From Marsupella aquatica (Eukaryota > Plantae > Marchantiophyta), in NCBI GenBank assembly GCA_973895155.1, contig OZ316898.1, positions 5,815,079 through 5,879,078 on the forward strand: 64,000 bases of DNA. Reading direction: 5' to 3'. The position numbers and the translations under genes are program-made. Below, piece by piece: positions 41,270 to 52,790 of the stretch. The notes under the pieces are model-generated. The model was not told where the DNA came from. It saw only the letters and a program-made list of their open reading frames with translations, and did not search any database. Position 1 is the stretch's first letter; every line of letters starts with the position of its first letter.

Positions 41270-44200
41270 ATGGCATCCAAGTTTGGAGGTGTCAAGTTTG
41301 AGGTAGAAAAGTATGATGGGCGCACGGATTATTTGCTATGGGAGAAGCAGGTTAAGGGAATTCTTCGTGCTATGGGCCTAGATCATCTGCTATCGACTCG
41401 GGAGGAGTCTAGCAGTGAGGAGGAGATCCCGTTGAGGAAATGGAGGTAAGAGCAAGTGATCGCTATGAATGCAGTTATGTTGTATTTGAAGCCGCATATC
41501 ATTAAGAAGCTGGACGACTACGAGGATTGTGTATCCTTATACAAGGCCCTCAGAGAGAAGTACTACCGAGAAGATGCCTCAGATCGGTTGTACAAGAAGT
41601 CTCTCTTGATGAGCTTGAGGCTAAAAGAAGGAGGCAAGCTTCGAAATCACTTGGATGAATTCGACAGCCTAGCTGTAGATTTGTCAAATCTTGGCAAGGG
41701 AGTGGAAGATGAAGATAAGGCATTGCTTCTTCTCAGTTCCTTACCCCCATCGTATCAAGGTTTGAAGCAGGTTCTCTTGTATAGAGACCTCAAAACCATT
41801 TCATATGATGAGGTGGTAAGCTCTTTGCTGTCAGATGATGCACAGAAGAAACTGGGTCATGCCCAAACACCATCTTCATCTGGCAGTGCATTGAATGTGA
41901 ACCGCGGGAGGACTCAACAGAGGATGACTGGCGAAAACAGGTCTTTTTCATAAACATACCCCTCACGGAATAGAGGCAAGGAGAAGGCTCGGTCTAAGTC
42001 TAGATCCAGGTCTAGAGAGAAATCTCTAGAAAGGAAACCAATTATATGTTGGAAATGTAACAAGCCTGGCCACATGAAACGAGACTGTCGAGTCAAGCAG
42101 ACTCATCAACCATCAGCGAACGCAGCCACTGATGTTGATATGATTGACTTGCTTGATGATAAAATCTTGTGAAGTCCAGATGTTGCCCTTTGCATTTCAT
42201 CCAGTGACAACGGTGATGAATGGATTTTAGATTGTGCCTGTACCTATCATATTTGTTGTATGAAAGAGTTTTTTACTTCTTACTCAGTATCAACCGGTTC
42301 CGTGTTGATGGGGAATGATCATCCTTGTCAAATTGTTGGAATTGGATCCGTGAAAATTCGGATGTTTGATGGAGCTGTGCGAACAGTGAGTAATGTCAGA
42401 CACATACCTGACATGAAAAAGAACTTGATTTCTCTTGGAATGCTGGAAGCAAATGGATGTCGGTGGAGTTCTGCTGATGGTATTCTTCAAATGTCAACCG
42501 GAGGCAAGGTTGTCATGAAGGGTAAGCGGCACAGGAATCTATACTTGTTGGAGGGCAACGTGATTTGTGAAGAAGCCAATGTAACTAGATCTCAAGGCGA
42601 GATGACTCAGTTGTGGCACTGCAGATTGGGACACATGAGTGAAAAGGGTTTGGCGGTACTTCGTAGGAAAGGACTTCTTTCTAATTAAGAATCTACTAAG
42701 CTAGATTTTTGTGAACATTGTGTGCTTGGGAAGCAACACAGGAGAACCTTTGGTGTTGGAACTCACAATACCAAAGCTATACTTGAGTATGTACATAGTG
42801 ATGTGTGGGGTCCAACCCCAACTCCCTCACTTTCTGAAAAATTGTACTATGTCACGTCCATTGATGATTACTCAAGGTATGTATGGATCACATTTCTACA
42901 CGCCAAGTCTAAAGTTTTTGGCACTTTTAAGAAGTGGAAAGCCCAAATTGAGAATCAGACTGGATCCAAAGTGAGATATCTTCGATCAGATAACGGCGGG
43001 GAGTACAGTTCAAGTGAATTTGAACTCTATTATGCAGAGCAAGGGATTACTCATCATCTCACGACAATTTATACTCCTCAACAGAATGGTGTTTGTGAGC
43101 GGTTGAACCGAACACTATTGGAGCGATCGAGGAGTATGTTGAGCCAATCAGGTTTACCACATGAATTTTGGGCTGAAGCTATAAATACGGCCACTTATTT
43201 GGTAAATCTTTTTCCTTCAAGTGCAATCAATTTCAAGACGCCGTTTGAAATGAAGTATGGACGGCACGCAGACTATCAGGTTTTGAGAGTCTTTGGAAGT
43301 GATGCATATGCTCTCACACCTAAGCAGAATCGATCTAAACTAGATTCTACTTCCAAGAAGTGTCTTTTTCTTGGTTATCAACCAAGTGTGAAAGGTTACA
43401 GGCTCTGGGATCCAGAAGCTTGTACGTTGCTTGTCAGTAGAGATGTATCCTTTAATGAATCCAGATCATCAAAGGAGGGGGAGAATGCTCAGGCTTCCCA
43501 TACTGACAAAGGTAAATCTCCTATCCTGGACCATGTTGTGGGGGAGATTGGTCATGAGAGTTTTCATGACATAAATGAAAGAGGTGCTCCGAGAATGGAG
43601 CTGGTTCCAGTAATGGAACAAGAGGAGCAGGCTGTTGTTGGAATACCTCAAATTCAACCAACAGAACAAGATCAACCAGAATTATCAGCTAGAAAATCGA
43701 GACGTACTACTCGAGCTCCTACAAGGTATGGACAATGGACAGATTCATCAAGGTTAGATGATGTTGACATTGCACCTGATGATGATGACAGAGCACTGAT
43801 CTTGGAAGAAGGAGAACCTTCTTCTTCTCATGAGGCGTGCATTTTAGACGAGAAAGATGAATGGAATGCAACGATGCAGAGGGAGTTGCAATCTTTAAGT
43901 GACAACAGAACATGGAAGCTGGTGCAACTGCCAAGTGATCAACAAGTGGTGGATAGCAAGTGGATTTACAAGCTGAAGGACAACTCTTCAGATGGAGGGG
44001 ACAAGATATACAAGACAAGGCTTGTTGCCAAGGGATTCACTCAAGAGAAGGGAGTGGATTACAATGAGGTCTTCTCTCCAGTTGCCAAGTATTCCACGAT
44101 ACGAATTTTGTGTCAACTTGTTGTGTTTTTTGATCTGGTGTTAGATCAAATGGATGTTGTTACTATTTTTCTCTATGGCACCTTGGAGGAACAAATTTTC

Positions 44201-44820
44201 ATGAGGCAACCACTGGGCTTTGTGAAGAAGGGCCAAGAGAGTTTAGTTTGCAGGTTACTTAAGTCCTTGTATGGATTGAAGCAAGCTCCTCGACAGTGGA
44301 ACAAGCGGTTTGATGATTTCATGTTTGCACAAGGATTTACTAGGATGGTGTATGATCCTTGTGTGTATACGAAATCAGTCAAGAATGGTGTGTTTGGTTT
44401 GCTCATTCTAGTGCTCTATGTGGATGACATGTTGATTGCGGCTAAGGATCAAACTGAGGTTGACTCAAAGCAAAATTGAGTTCTGAATTCCGAATGAAGG
44501 ATCTTGGGAAAGCCAAGAGGATCTTAGGTATGGAGACTACGAGGAACTTTGAAACTGGACAGTTGTGGCTGAATCAAGGCAAGTATGCTGAAAAGGTACT
44601 TGCAAGATTCAACATGGAAAATTGTAAGCCAGTAAGTATTCCTTTGGCTCCACATTTCAAGTTATCATCGGTTTTTTGCCCCACGGATCCAGTGGAGAGA
44701 GGCTTGATGACTAAGGTTCCTTATGAGAGGGCAGTGGGCAGTCTAATGTATTTGATGACATGTACCAGGCCTGATCTAGCCCTAGCAATGGGCAAAGTGA
44801 GTAGATTCATGTCAAATCCA
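41270..44820 (+). pseudogene. Outer Copia gag-pol, 5' part (Gag, zinc knuckle, protease, GAG-pre-integrase, integrase, RT)
   Basis: KFEVEKYDGRTDYLLWEKQV, CWKCNKPGHMKRDC, WILDC, LWHCRLGH...CEHC, HSDVWGP, RSDNGGEY, QQNGVCER, YKTRLVAKGFTQ, LYVDDML. Stops at 41447, 41951, 42170 and 42686; frameshift near 44465. Breaks at MSNP. Confidence 0.93.
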
Positions 44821-44821
44821 A

Positions 44822-45150
44822 TGTCACACCATTCTGAGTAGTGTAGTAGTATATCGTGCTATTAGAGTATGTACATTTGGTATGAGTGCTATTGGAGCCG
44901 ATAAGGTTCTGTCAGGTTTGTGTGAGAGGGTACTTCTCACTTGTGAGGCATTGAAAGGTCATCTTTCAATGTTGAGCCTTGGAGAGAGAGGAGCTTGAGT
45001 GTGGCTATGGTGGCTGTGAGCTCCGCTTGTGTAACGTGGATTCCTTGAGTAGTGCAAGGTGCATTGGCTTGACATACGTGTGTGATCGGTTCGGTGCGGG
45101 ATCGATGGGGTATTGTTGACCGAGATCGTTGTGCCGATTGTATGGAGATT
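44822..45150 (+). repeat. Repeat A1 (329 bp) of the Gypsy element
   Basis: Matches 60429-60757 with about 5 substitutions. Confidence 0.95.
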
Positions 45151-45162
45151 ACATTGAAAGAT
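45151..45162 (+). promoter_or_regulatory. Candidate self-priming site (PBS equivalent)
   Basis: ACATTGAAAGAT is the exact reverse complement of ATCTTTCAATGT at 44961-44972 inside repeat A. No TGG-type tRNA PBS is present. Confidence 0.65.
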
Positions 45163-45420
45163 CACATTCGAAATGTGCTGTACGGACTGTGCGGACAGAA
45201 GTTCGATTGATTGAGTTGTTGACGGTTCGTGGTAGCTCGGATCATGTGTTGTTATCGAACAGATCGTTGGTATCTTGACCTGTATCGTTGTTGTCCGATC
45301 GGCCTGCTTCCCGATCGATGTACAGATCTGTGATTGGTGACAGGTTTTGAGTTGGAGGTCGATTGATGATTCGTGGAGGAAAGCGAATGTTGAGTAGATT
45401 TTGGACAGTGGAAGTCGATC

Positions 45421-45510
45421 CGTGAGGCTTCAGATCTGATTGCCGGCTACTGTGAGGCTTCAGATCTGATTGTCGGCTACTGTGGGGCTTCAGATTTGAT
45501 TGCCGGCTAT
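45421..45510. repeat. 30-bp tandem repeat x3 in the Gypsy 5' leader
   Basis: tgtgaggcttcagatctgattgccggctac units at 45421, 45451 and 45481. Confidence 0.9.
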
Positions 45511-45749
45511 TGTTGGACGATGTTGGCAAGGTGTAGGTGAAGCGACGGCTCTTTTCCTGAAGGAACGGAGCTGCCAATGCCCCGTGCGACGGTATCATCG
45601 TTTCAGTGAAAGAAACGAGGGTCAAAGGTGTTGAATCAAGCTGCTGCCAATTCTGTGGAAGGGCTGCGTTTTTCATGAAGGAAATCGACAGTTTTCGGGA
45701 GCTTTTCATGAAGGAAGTAGTTGTTTTTGGGGTTAGGTGTGAGGCGCAC

Positions 45750-46056
45750 GAGGTCACCCATCCCGAAAGTGCTCGCGCAAGGCGACGCGTGAGGTCACCC
45801 ATCCCGAAAGTGCTCCCAACCGCGAACGCGAAGTCACCCATCGCGAGCGCAGGCAGACGCGAGGTCGAGGTCACCCATCCCGGGGCTATTCCGGGCCGTG
45901 AGCGCGAGGGGAGGCACAAGGTCGAGCGCGAGGAGGTCACCCATCCCGGGGCTATTCCCAACCGCGAGCGCTTAACTGGCAAGTTCTCATCCCACCTTGT
46001 GTACACACAAGCTTTGACAACTTGTTGTTTAGATTCAAGCGCCAGGGGGCTTTATA
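45750..46056 (-). promoter_or_regulatory. 5S rRNA-like (type 1) Pol III internal promoter with upstream TATA, plus four extra box-C copies
   Basis: Minus strand 45990-45931 reads ATGAGAACTTGCCAGTTAAGCG-22 nt-GGATGGGTGACCTCCT, with the same spacing as plant 5S box A/IE/box C. TATAAA at 46056-46051. Further GGATGGGTGACCTC copies at 45867-45880, 45791-45804 and 45750-45763, and a variant at 45830-45843. Confidence 0.75.
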
Positions 46057-46517
46057 CATTTCCCGGTTTGTTTAGAGGCCTATTCTAGGCCAAATCAGAG
46101 GCTGTTTTAGGGTTTTTGATACTTCTGAGTCCATCTAGACTCACAGATTGAACCAATTTTGCCTTGGTTCTCATCTACAACATTGGAGTGCCATTGTGAA
46201 GCCTATTATGAAGGCTCTTCCTTGAACCTTATGCACATTGTCATATTGATTTGCATTGGCTTTTGTGTGGAGAGTTGAATGGTATCCATTCTTGTTTCTG
46301 GATCCTCTTCACACATGTTTCCTGTTTATGCGCCATGTTAGTTTCGTGTGGGCGCTTGATTCCATAGGAGTGATCCGGGTTTGCAACTGGACATTCTAGT
46401 GTGCTGTGTATTTCTCTCTTGGTGATGTTGGAGTGATGCCCAACACACCATGGTGAGTGCTTGTGGTGCTGACAGGGATAGATTGCCCTTAGGGTTAGCA
46501 CATAGATTAGGTTAGGG

Positions 46518-48906
46518 TTGGTCACCACGGATTCTTCTGGTGCTATTGGATTACCCGATGGACGACGGACCGGTTTCACTTGGAGTGGGGCACAGTTTCG
46601 GCCAGCGGCATTGGTAGTAGTCAGCAGTGCAGCTTCAGACAGTGATTCTGATGAGGACTCAGTGACCAGTTCTCCTCATCATCAGGTGGTTGCATCTTTG
46701 TTGTGGGATATGGACGAGATGTACGGGGCTACAAAGGGCCCACGACGATACTCTGGTGTAGTTGGCACAATTGATCTGGATGACTTCATCCAGGAGTTTG
46801 ATACGTGGTGCGATATGCAGACATTGCATAACGTCATGTTGTTTACCCCTTTCATGGCATGGAAGGGATTATTCCAGCATTTGGAGGGGCCACCCATGGA
46901 TGACTACCATGAGTTTCGGAAGGCTCATTTGGTTGAGATTGAGGCATGGAGGCAGCATTGGTCGCCTAATTACATGTCCATCACCTATGGCACTAGTGTG
47001 GCTGCCCAACCCATTGCCACAGCTGCTGCTTCTTCTAGCAGCACTAGCCAGAGTGGCACACCATCCACCAGCAGCACTCCAACAGCATCCACCACTACTC
47101 CTGCCGGTGTGATTGTGACAGGAACTAGAGTTGCGCCAGCATTTAATCCTATGGTGGAATTCTTTGAGGTACTGAAGCAGAACTATCAGGGTGTGAAAAC
47201 TGATAAGTTGAAGGGTCTTCAAGAGTTCCAATGCAAGACTGGAGAGAGCCTACGTGAGGCATACACACGTATGCGCAGATTGATCACTGTCACCAAGGGA
47301 GTGACAGAGGCTCAGGCAGTCCAGTTTTGGTATGCAATTCTGGACAGAGAATTGCGACGCAGAGTGAGAGATGTCACTCTGCTTAGGGATGCAGATCCCA
47401 CATTAGCAGTTGTTTTCACCCTTTCTGAGCGCATTGAACTCAATATGGTGAATGAGAAGGTGGTGACTTCCGGATTTGCCAAGGAAGCACCAAAGGCTGC
47501 ATCTACATCCACACCACAGCCTACTGCATGGAAGAGCCAGAGGGAGAAGCCTATTGCACGAGAGTCTACCAGCCAGAGACCTGTGCCCTCTTATGATGGA
47601 CAGCAATCAGGATGTTGGACCTGTGGTGGGGATCATGCACAGAGATATTGTCCAGATCATAGAGGATCAGGGGGAGCATCAGCGACAGTGTAATCACTGT
47701 GGAGCTCCTAGACACACCAAGGATAGGTGTTTCTCACTCCACCCTGAGTTACGGAGAGGAGGATCCCGTACACATGATCAGGGAAGAGGAGGAGGAGGTA
47801 GAGGTGGTGGACGTGGTCGTGGCATGCCACATGCAGGGAGACAGGGAGGTGACGCTGCCCCTGCTGTAATCATAGATCCAAAGGATGCTAAGATTGCTCA
47901 ATTGGAGCAACAACTAGCTGCCATGGCTAGTTCCCAGGTGAGACCTAATTCTGGTGATGGGGCATCTACATCCTATGGACCTTCCACATCCCATGGTCCT
48001 TCCACATCTTATGGAGCTGATGGAGACCTTGCCACCATGGGATTCATGTGTGGCACTGCACATATTGATGCATCAGCAGCTTTGACACATGGGGCAGCCA
48101 AAGCTCTTGAGCCCCGAGGAGCAGTAGTGGAGTTAGATCCACAAAGGGGGGATGCACGTCGGCAGATAAAGCTTCCTCAGTCTTTTACATTGTCAGAGAC
48201 AGTTTAGACTGCCTCTATGAACCCGGTTCGGACAAACCCTGATGTGGGTAAGTTGGCAGAATCAAGTAGTGATGCAGTAGGGATGACAGGTACCTTGCTG
48301 GGGGCGGCTACTGCCATAGTACGCACCCCATTATTTTCAGCGACAGACATGCTGAACTTGGCAGTTGGTCCTGCAGAAGTGTTCAGATTGGCAGCTACAC
48401 TCTGTGAGGACACTCCAGTGGTTGCTTCCCATGCAGAAGCAACTTGCAGTGTTGATGCAGTGAAGACCATGCCACCTACTGCTACTAGTGAGACATGGCA
48501 TGCAGCAGCAGCGAGGTTGGTGGATTTACCAACACGCCCTGCATTTGAGAGGACTAGGTTTAAACCTAGTGTTGTGTCATTGGATAATCGGAGTGGTATC
48601 TTCCGATTAGTTGGGCCTCCTGGAGCAGTATACCAGCCAGAGAGAGTGTTACTGGATACTGGTGCTCAGCCCTTGATGTTGGGGAAGTCTGCCATACGTG
48701 GATTGGGATTGCGTCCAGAGGATTTGGAGGATTGTCCCTTTCCCATTCAGACTTCATTGGGGGGACCTACACCTACACAGCATATCACCAGGAGACCACT
48801 TGATTTGAGGATTCAGGAAGGTCATACCACAGATAGCTCACAGATACAGGCGCGAGCTATTCTGACTAAGGCAGAGTCATATGATGTGTTGGAGGGATGT
48901 ACAGTG
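46518..48906 (+). pseudogene. Gypsy gag (two CCHC knuckles) and aspartic protease, interrupted by the inner Copia
   Basis: Retrotransposon gag QCKTGESLREAYTRMRRL; knuckles CWTCGGDHAQRYC and CNHCGAPRHTKDRC (frameshift ~47690); in-frame TAG at 48205; protease VLLDTGAQPLMLG. The frame CTV|LYPMGF rejoins across the Copia insertion. Confidence 0.88.
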
Positions 48907-49327
48907 TGTTGAGCATAGACGACGATCGCAACGGCAAGCCCATGAACCATCCAACGCACAATAGTCGACACAAGAGATACGTGGTTCACCTCCTTGAGGC
49001 TACGTCCACGGGAACACACAAGAGAGCTTTACTGAACTCTAAGCCCGTCGGCTATACCGAGTCTCCACAGTGTAAGCTCTCCCTATCTCTCAAGTGGCTC
49101 CATAACAATGAGCCTTGGTTCTACCTCTCCAAGCACACATGCCTCTTATGATATAGTGTGCAACTTAGTTGTACCTAACCACATAGTTGTACCTAATCAC
49201 GTAGTTGTACCTAACCACATAGTTGTACCTAATCACGTAGTTGTACCTAACCACGTAGTTGTACCAACCCACGTTGTTGTACCAACCACGTCATACCTAA
49301 CCTAGACGTAAGAGTAAATACCCAACA
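48907..49327 (-). repeat. 3' LTR of the inner Copia (contains an 18-bp tandem array at ~49166-49290)
   Basis: Identical by eye to 54980-55400. Confidence 0.97.
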
Positions 49328-49518
49328 ATCTTCCCCTTGACTCTGGTCTAGGGGAGAGTAATACTGCCAATGTATATGATCCCTCAGCGGGAAGTTCTGG
49401 ACAGAAACCAAACCGGTTTCCCTCTCTAACTAGAGCAAACCAGAACTAAGCCGTAGCCTAATACATAGGAATGAGGAAGAGCATATATCAGTAATTACAA
49501 TGAATGTTTAAGAAAACT

Positions 49519-52500
49519 CTACTTGTGATGCAATTGCAAAACCTGCAATACGTCACGGTGTCTAGAGAAACTCTCCAAAGGAATCACTTTGGTAAATGCG
49601 TCAGCCGGGTTGAGTTTACCATCAATCTTGACTAGCTCAAACAAATTATCAGACACAGCCTGCCTGATAAAATGGTACCTGACGTCAATGTGCTTCACTC
49701 TGCTATCCATCACCTGGTTCACAGCAAGGTGGAGTGCACTTTGACTATCACAATGGAGCTTCACATTCCCCTGTGGCAATCCCATTTCAGTGATAAGTCT
49801 ATCCAACCAAATCGCTTCCTTTGCTGCTTCCGCAGCTGCAACATACTCTGCTTCTGTAGTAGACTGAGCAATACACTTCTGCAAAGTAGACCTCCAACTT
49901 ATGCATCCACCGCCAAGTGTGAACACGTATCCTGTTGTTGATCTCCTTCGGTCCAAATCTTGTCCATAGTCAGAATCTACATAGCCAATCAATGATCTAG
50001 CATTCTTTGCATTCGCATCAAATAAAAGACCATGATCCACGGTACCCTTCAAGTACCTGATAATCCACTTCACTGCTTCCCAGTGTACCTTCCCTGGATT
50101 CGACATGTACCTGCTCACCTTGCCCATAGCCATGGCAAGATCAGGTCTAGTGCAAGTCATCAAATACATGAGACTCCCCACTGCCTTGTCATATGGAACC
50201 TTTGACATCAACCCCTTCTCTGTGTCATCCGTAGGACAGAACGCTGATGATAACTTGAAGTGTGGAGCCAACGGGGTACTTACTGGCTTGCTATTCTCCA
50301 TGTTGAACCTTGCAATTACCTTCCTCGCATAACTGCTCTGCGTCAACCATAGCTTGCCAGCCTCCAAGTCCCTAGTGATCTCCATACCCAAAATCCTCTT
50401 AGCTGGCCCTAAGTCCTTCATCTTAAACTCTGCACTAAGCAGTGCCTTGAGCTTAACAATCTCAGACCTATCCTTGGCTGCAATTAGCATGTCATCCACA
50501 TAAAGTACTAAAACAATGAACCCAAAGACAACATTCTTCACCGGTTTCAAATACACACAAGGGTCAAATACACTTCTGTGAAAACCTTGTGACCGAATCC
50601 AATCGTCAAACCGCTTGTTCCACTGTCTTGGTGACTGCTTCAACCCATACAAGGATTTCAGCAATCTGCAAACCAATTCCTCCTGTCCTCTCTTCACAAA
50701 ACCTAGCGGTTGTCTCATGAAGATCACCTCTTCCAATGTGCCATAGAGGAAAGCTGTGACAACATCCATCTGATCTAGGAGCAGACCAAACATTACAACA
50801 AGTACACACAATAGTCGTATTGTAGAGTACTTAGCAACTGGTGAGAAGACCTCATTATAATCCACACCTTTCTCTTGTGTGAATCCCTTTGCTACCAATC
50901 TAGCCTTGTAGACCTTCGATCCACCTCCTATGGAATTATCCTTCAGCTTGTAAATCCACTTGCTGTCCACCACTTGCTGACCCTTAGGCAGCTTAACAAG
51001 CTCCCAAGTTTTGTTGTCCTTTAGTGACTGCATCTCCGTTTGCATTGCTGCAGTCCACTTCTGCTTCTCCTTTGAAGCACTTGCCTCATGAAATGAAGAA
51101 GGTTCTCCTTCTTCCAAAATTAACGCATCACCCTCATCATCAGCTGTAAAATCATCCTCTTGCAGTTGAGATGAATCAACCCACTGTCCATACCTTGATG
51201 GAGCGCGTACAGTGCGACCAGATGTTCTTCTAGCCGATGACTCCGGTTGATCTGCGTGTGCTGGTACAATTTGAAGCTCAACAGCATCCACTTGCTGCTC
51301 ACCAGCATCAACAAACTTCTCTGGTTCCTCTGGCACAGGAACCAGCTCCATAATTGGAGCAACTCCTTCTCTCCGGTCATGCACCTCATAACCAATCTCC
51401 CCTCAACGAGATCCGGGATAGGAGATTTTCCTTTGTTAGTACGGGAGACCTGAGTATTCTCCCCCTCCTTCAATAATCTGGATTCATTGAAGGAAACATC
51501 CCTACTGACAACGAGCTTACAGGCAATAGGATCCCATAGCCTATAGGCTTTCACACCACTCTGGTACCCAAGAAAAACACATTTCCTGGAGGTAGGATCC
51601 AACTTGGTCCTATTCTGCTTTGGTGTGAGAGCATATGCATCACTTCCAAAAATTACCAAGCCATGATAGTCTGCTTGCCGCTTATAGCGCATCTCAAACG
51701 GCGTTTTGAAATTGATAGCACTAGAAGGAGAAAGATTTACCAAATAAGCTGCGGTATTGACAGCTTCTGCCCAAAATTCTTGTGGTAAACCTGATTGGCT
51801 CAACATACTCCGTGACCGCTCCAACAGTGTCCGATTGAGCCTCTCAGCGACACCATTCTGCTGCGGAGTATAAACTGTGGTGAGATGGCGAGTTATCCCC
51901 TGTTCTGAACAGTACTCTTCAAATTCCATTGAAGTGTACTCCCCGCCGTTGTCTGACCTCAGACTCTTCACCCTTGTATCCAAACACTTGATCGTGTTTC
52001 CAGTCTGATTCTCCACCTGGGCCTTCCACTTCTTAAAAATGGACAAGACATCAGACTTATGTGTCATGAAATAAATCCACACAAATCTTGAGTAATCATC
52101 AATAAATGATACATAGTACAACTTTCCAGAGTGTGAGGGAGTCGGGGATGGACCCCACACGTCACTATGTATGTACTCAAGAACCGTTTTGGAACGATGA
52201 GTTCCAACACCAAAAGCACGACGATGCTGCTTTCCAAGAATGCAATGCTCACAAAACTCTAATTTACAAGATTGCAAATCAGAAATGAGTCCATTCTTCC
52301 GTAAGATAGCCAAACCCTTCTCACTCATGTGGCCTAGCCGTGAATGCCACAGTTGAGTCATCTCCTCGTGAGACTTGGTTACATTGGCCTCTCCACATAC
52401 AGTATTGCCCTGTAACACATACAAATTCTTTTGTCTACTCCCCTTCAAAATCACTGTCTCTCCCGACCTGACTTGAAGTTCACCATCAATAACGCTCCAT

Positions 52501-52790
52501 TGATGACCATTTGAATCCAACACACCGAGTGAAATCAGATTCTTACGCATGCCAGGTACATACCTGACTCCGGATACTATGCGCACAGCGCCATCAAACA
52601 TTTGAATCTTCACAGACCCAATTCCCTCAATTTGACAGGAGTGATCATTTCCCATCAGAACTGAACCGTTTGAAACAGAGTAAGAACTGAAAAACTCACG
52701 AATGTAACAAATATGAAAAGAGCAAGCACAATCAAGAATCCACACATCATCTGCTCTCCTAGATGACGTGCACAGGGCATACCCCCGGCT
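49519..52790 (-). CDS. pol: Inner Copia Pol (PR-IN-RT-RNase H), one frameshift near 51400
   Basis: WILDC, LWHSRLGH...CEHC, HSDVWGP, RSDNGGEY, YKARLVAKGF, LYVDDML, GYVDSD, HIDVRYHF, NPADAFTK. ORFs 51120-52745 and 49519-51384 join through a G-run that is one base short relative to the outer Copia (GEIG motif). Confidence 0.92.

Noticed and set aside
45931-45990. A genuine 5S rRNA gene
   Set aside because: Only the promoter boxes match; the 5' and 3' stem sequences and the T-run terminator are absent.
45242-46006. 254-codon antisense ORF in the Gypsy leader
   Set aside because: Non-ATG start. Its repeats (GWVTS, SDLKPH) are translations of the box-C and 30-bp DNA repeats, and no domain is recognised.
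52651-52662. cccatcagaact, a 12-nt match to 5S rRNA
   Set aside because: It lies in Copia protease coding sequence (SVLMG on the minus strand); chance match.
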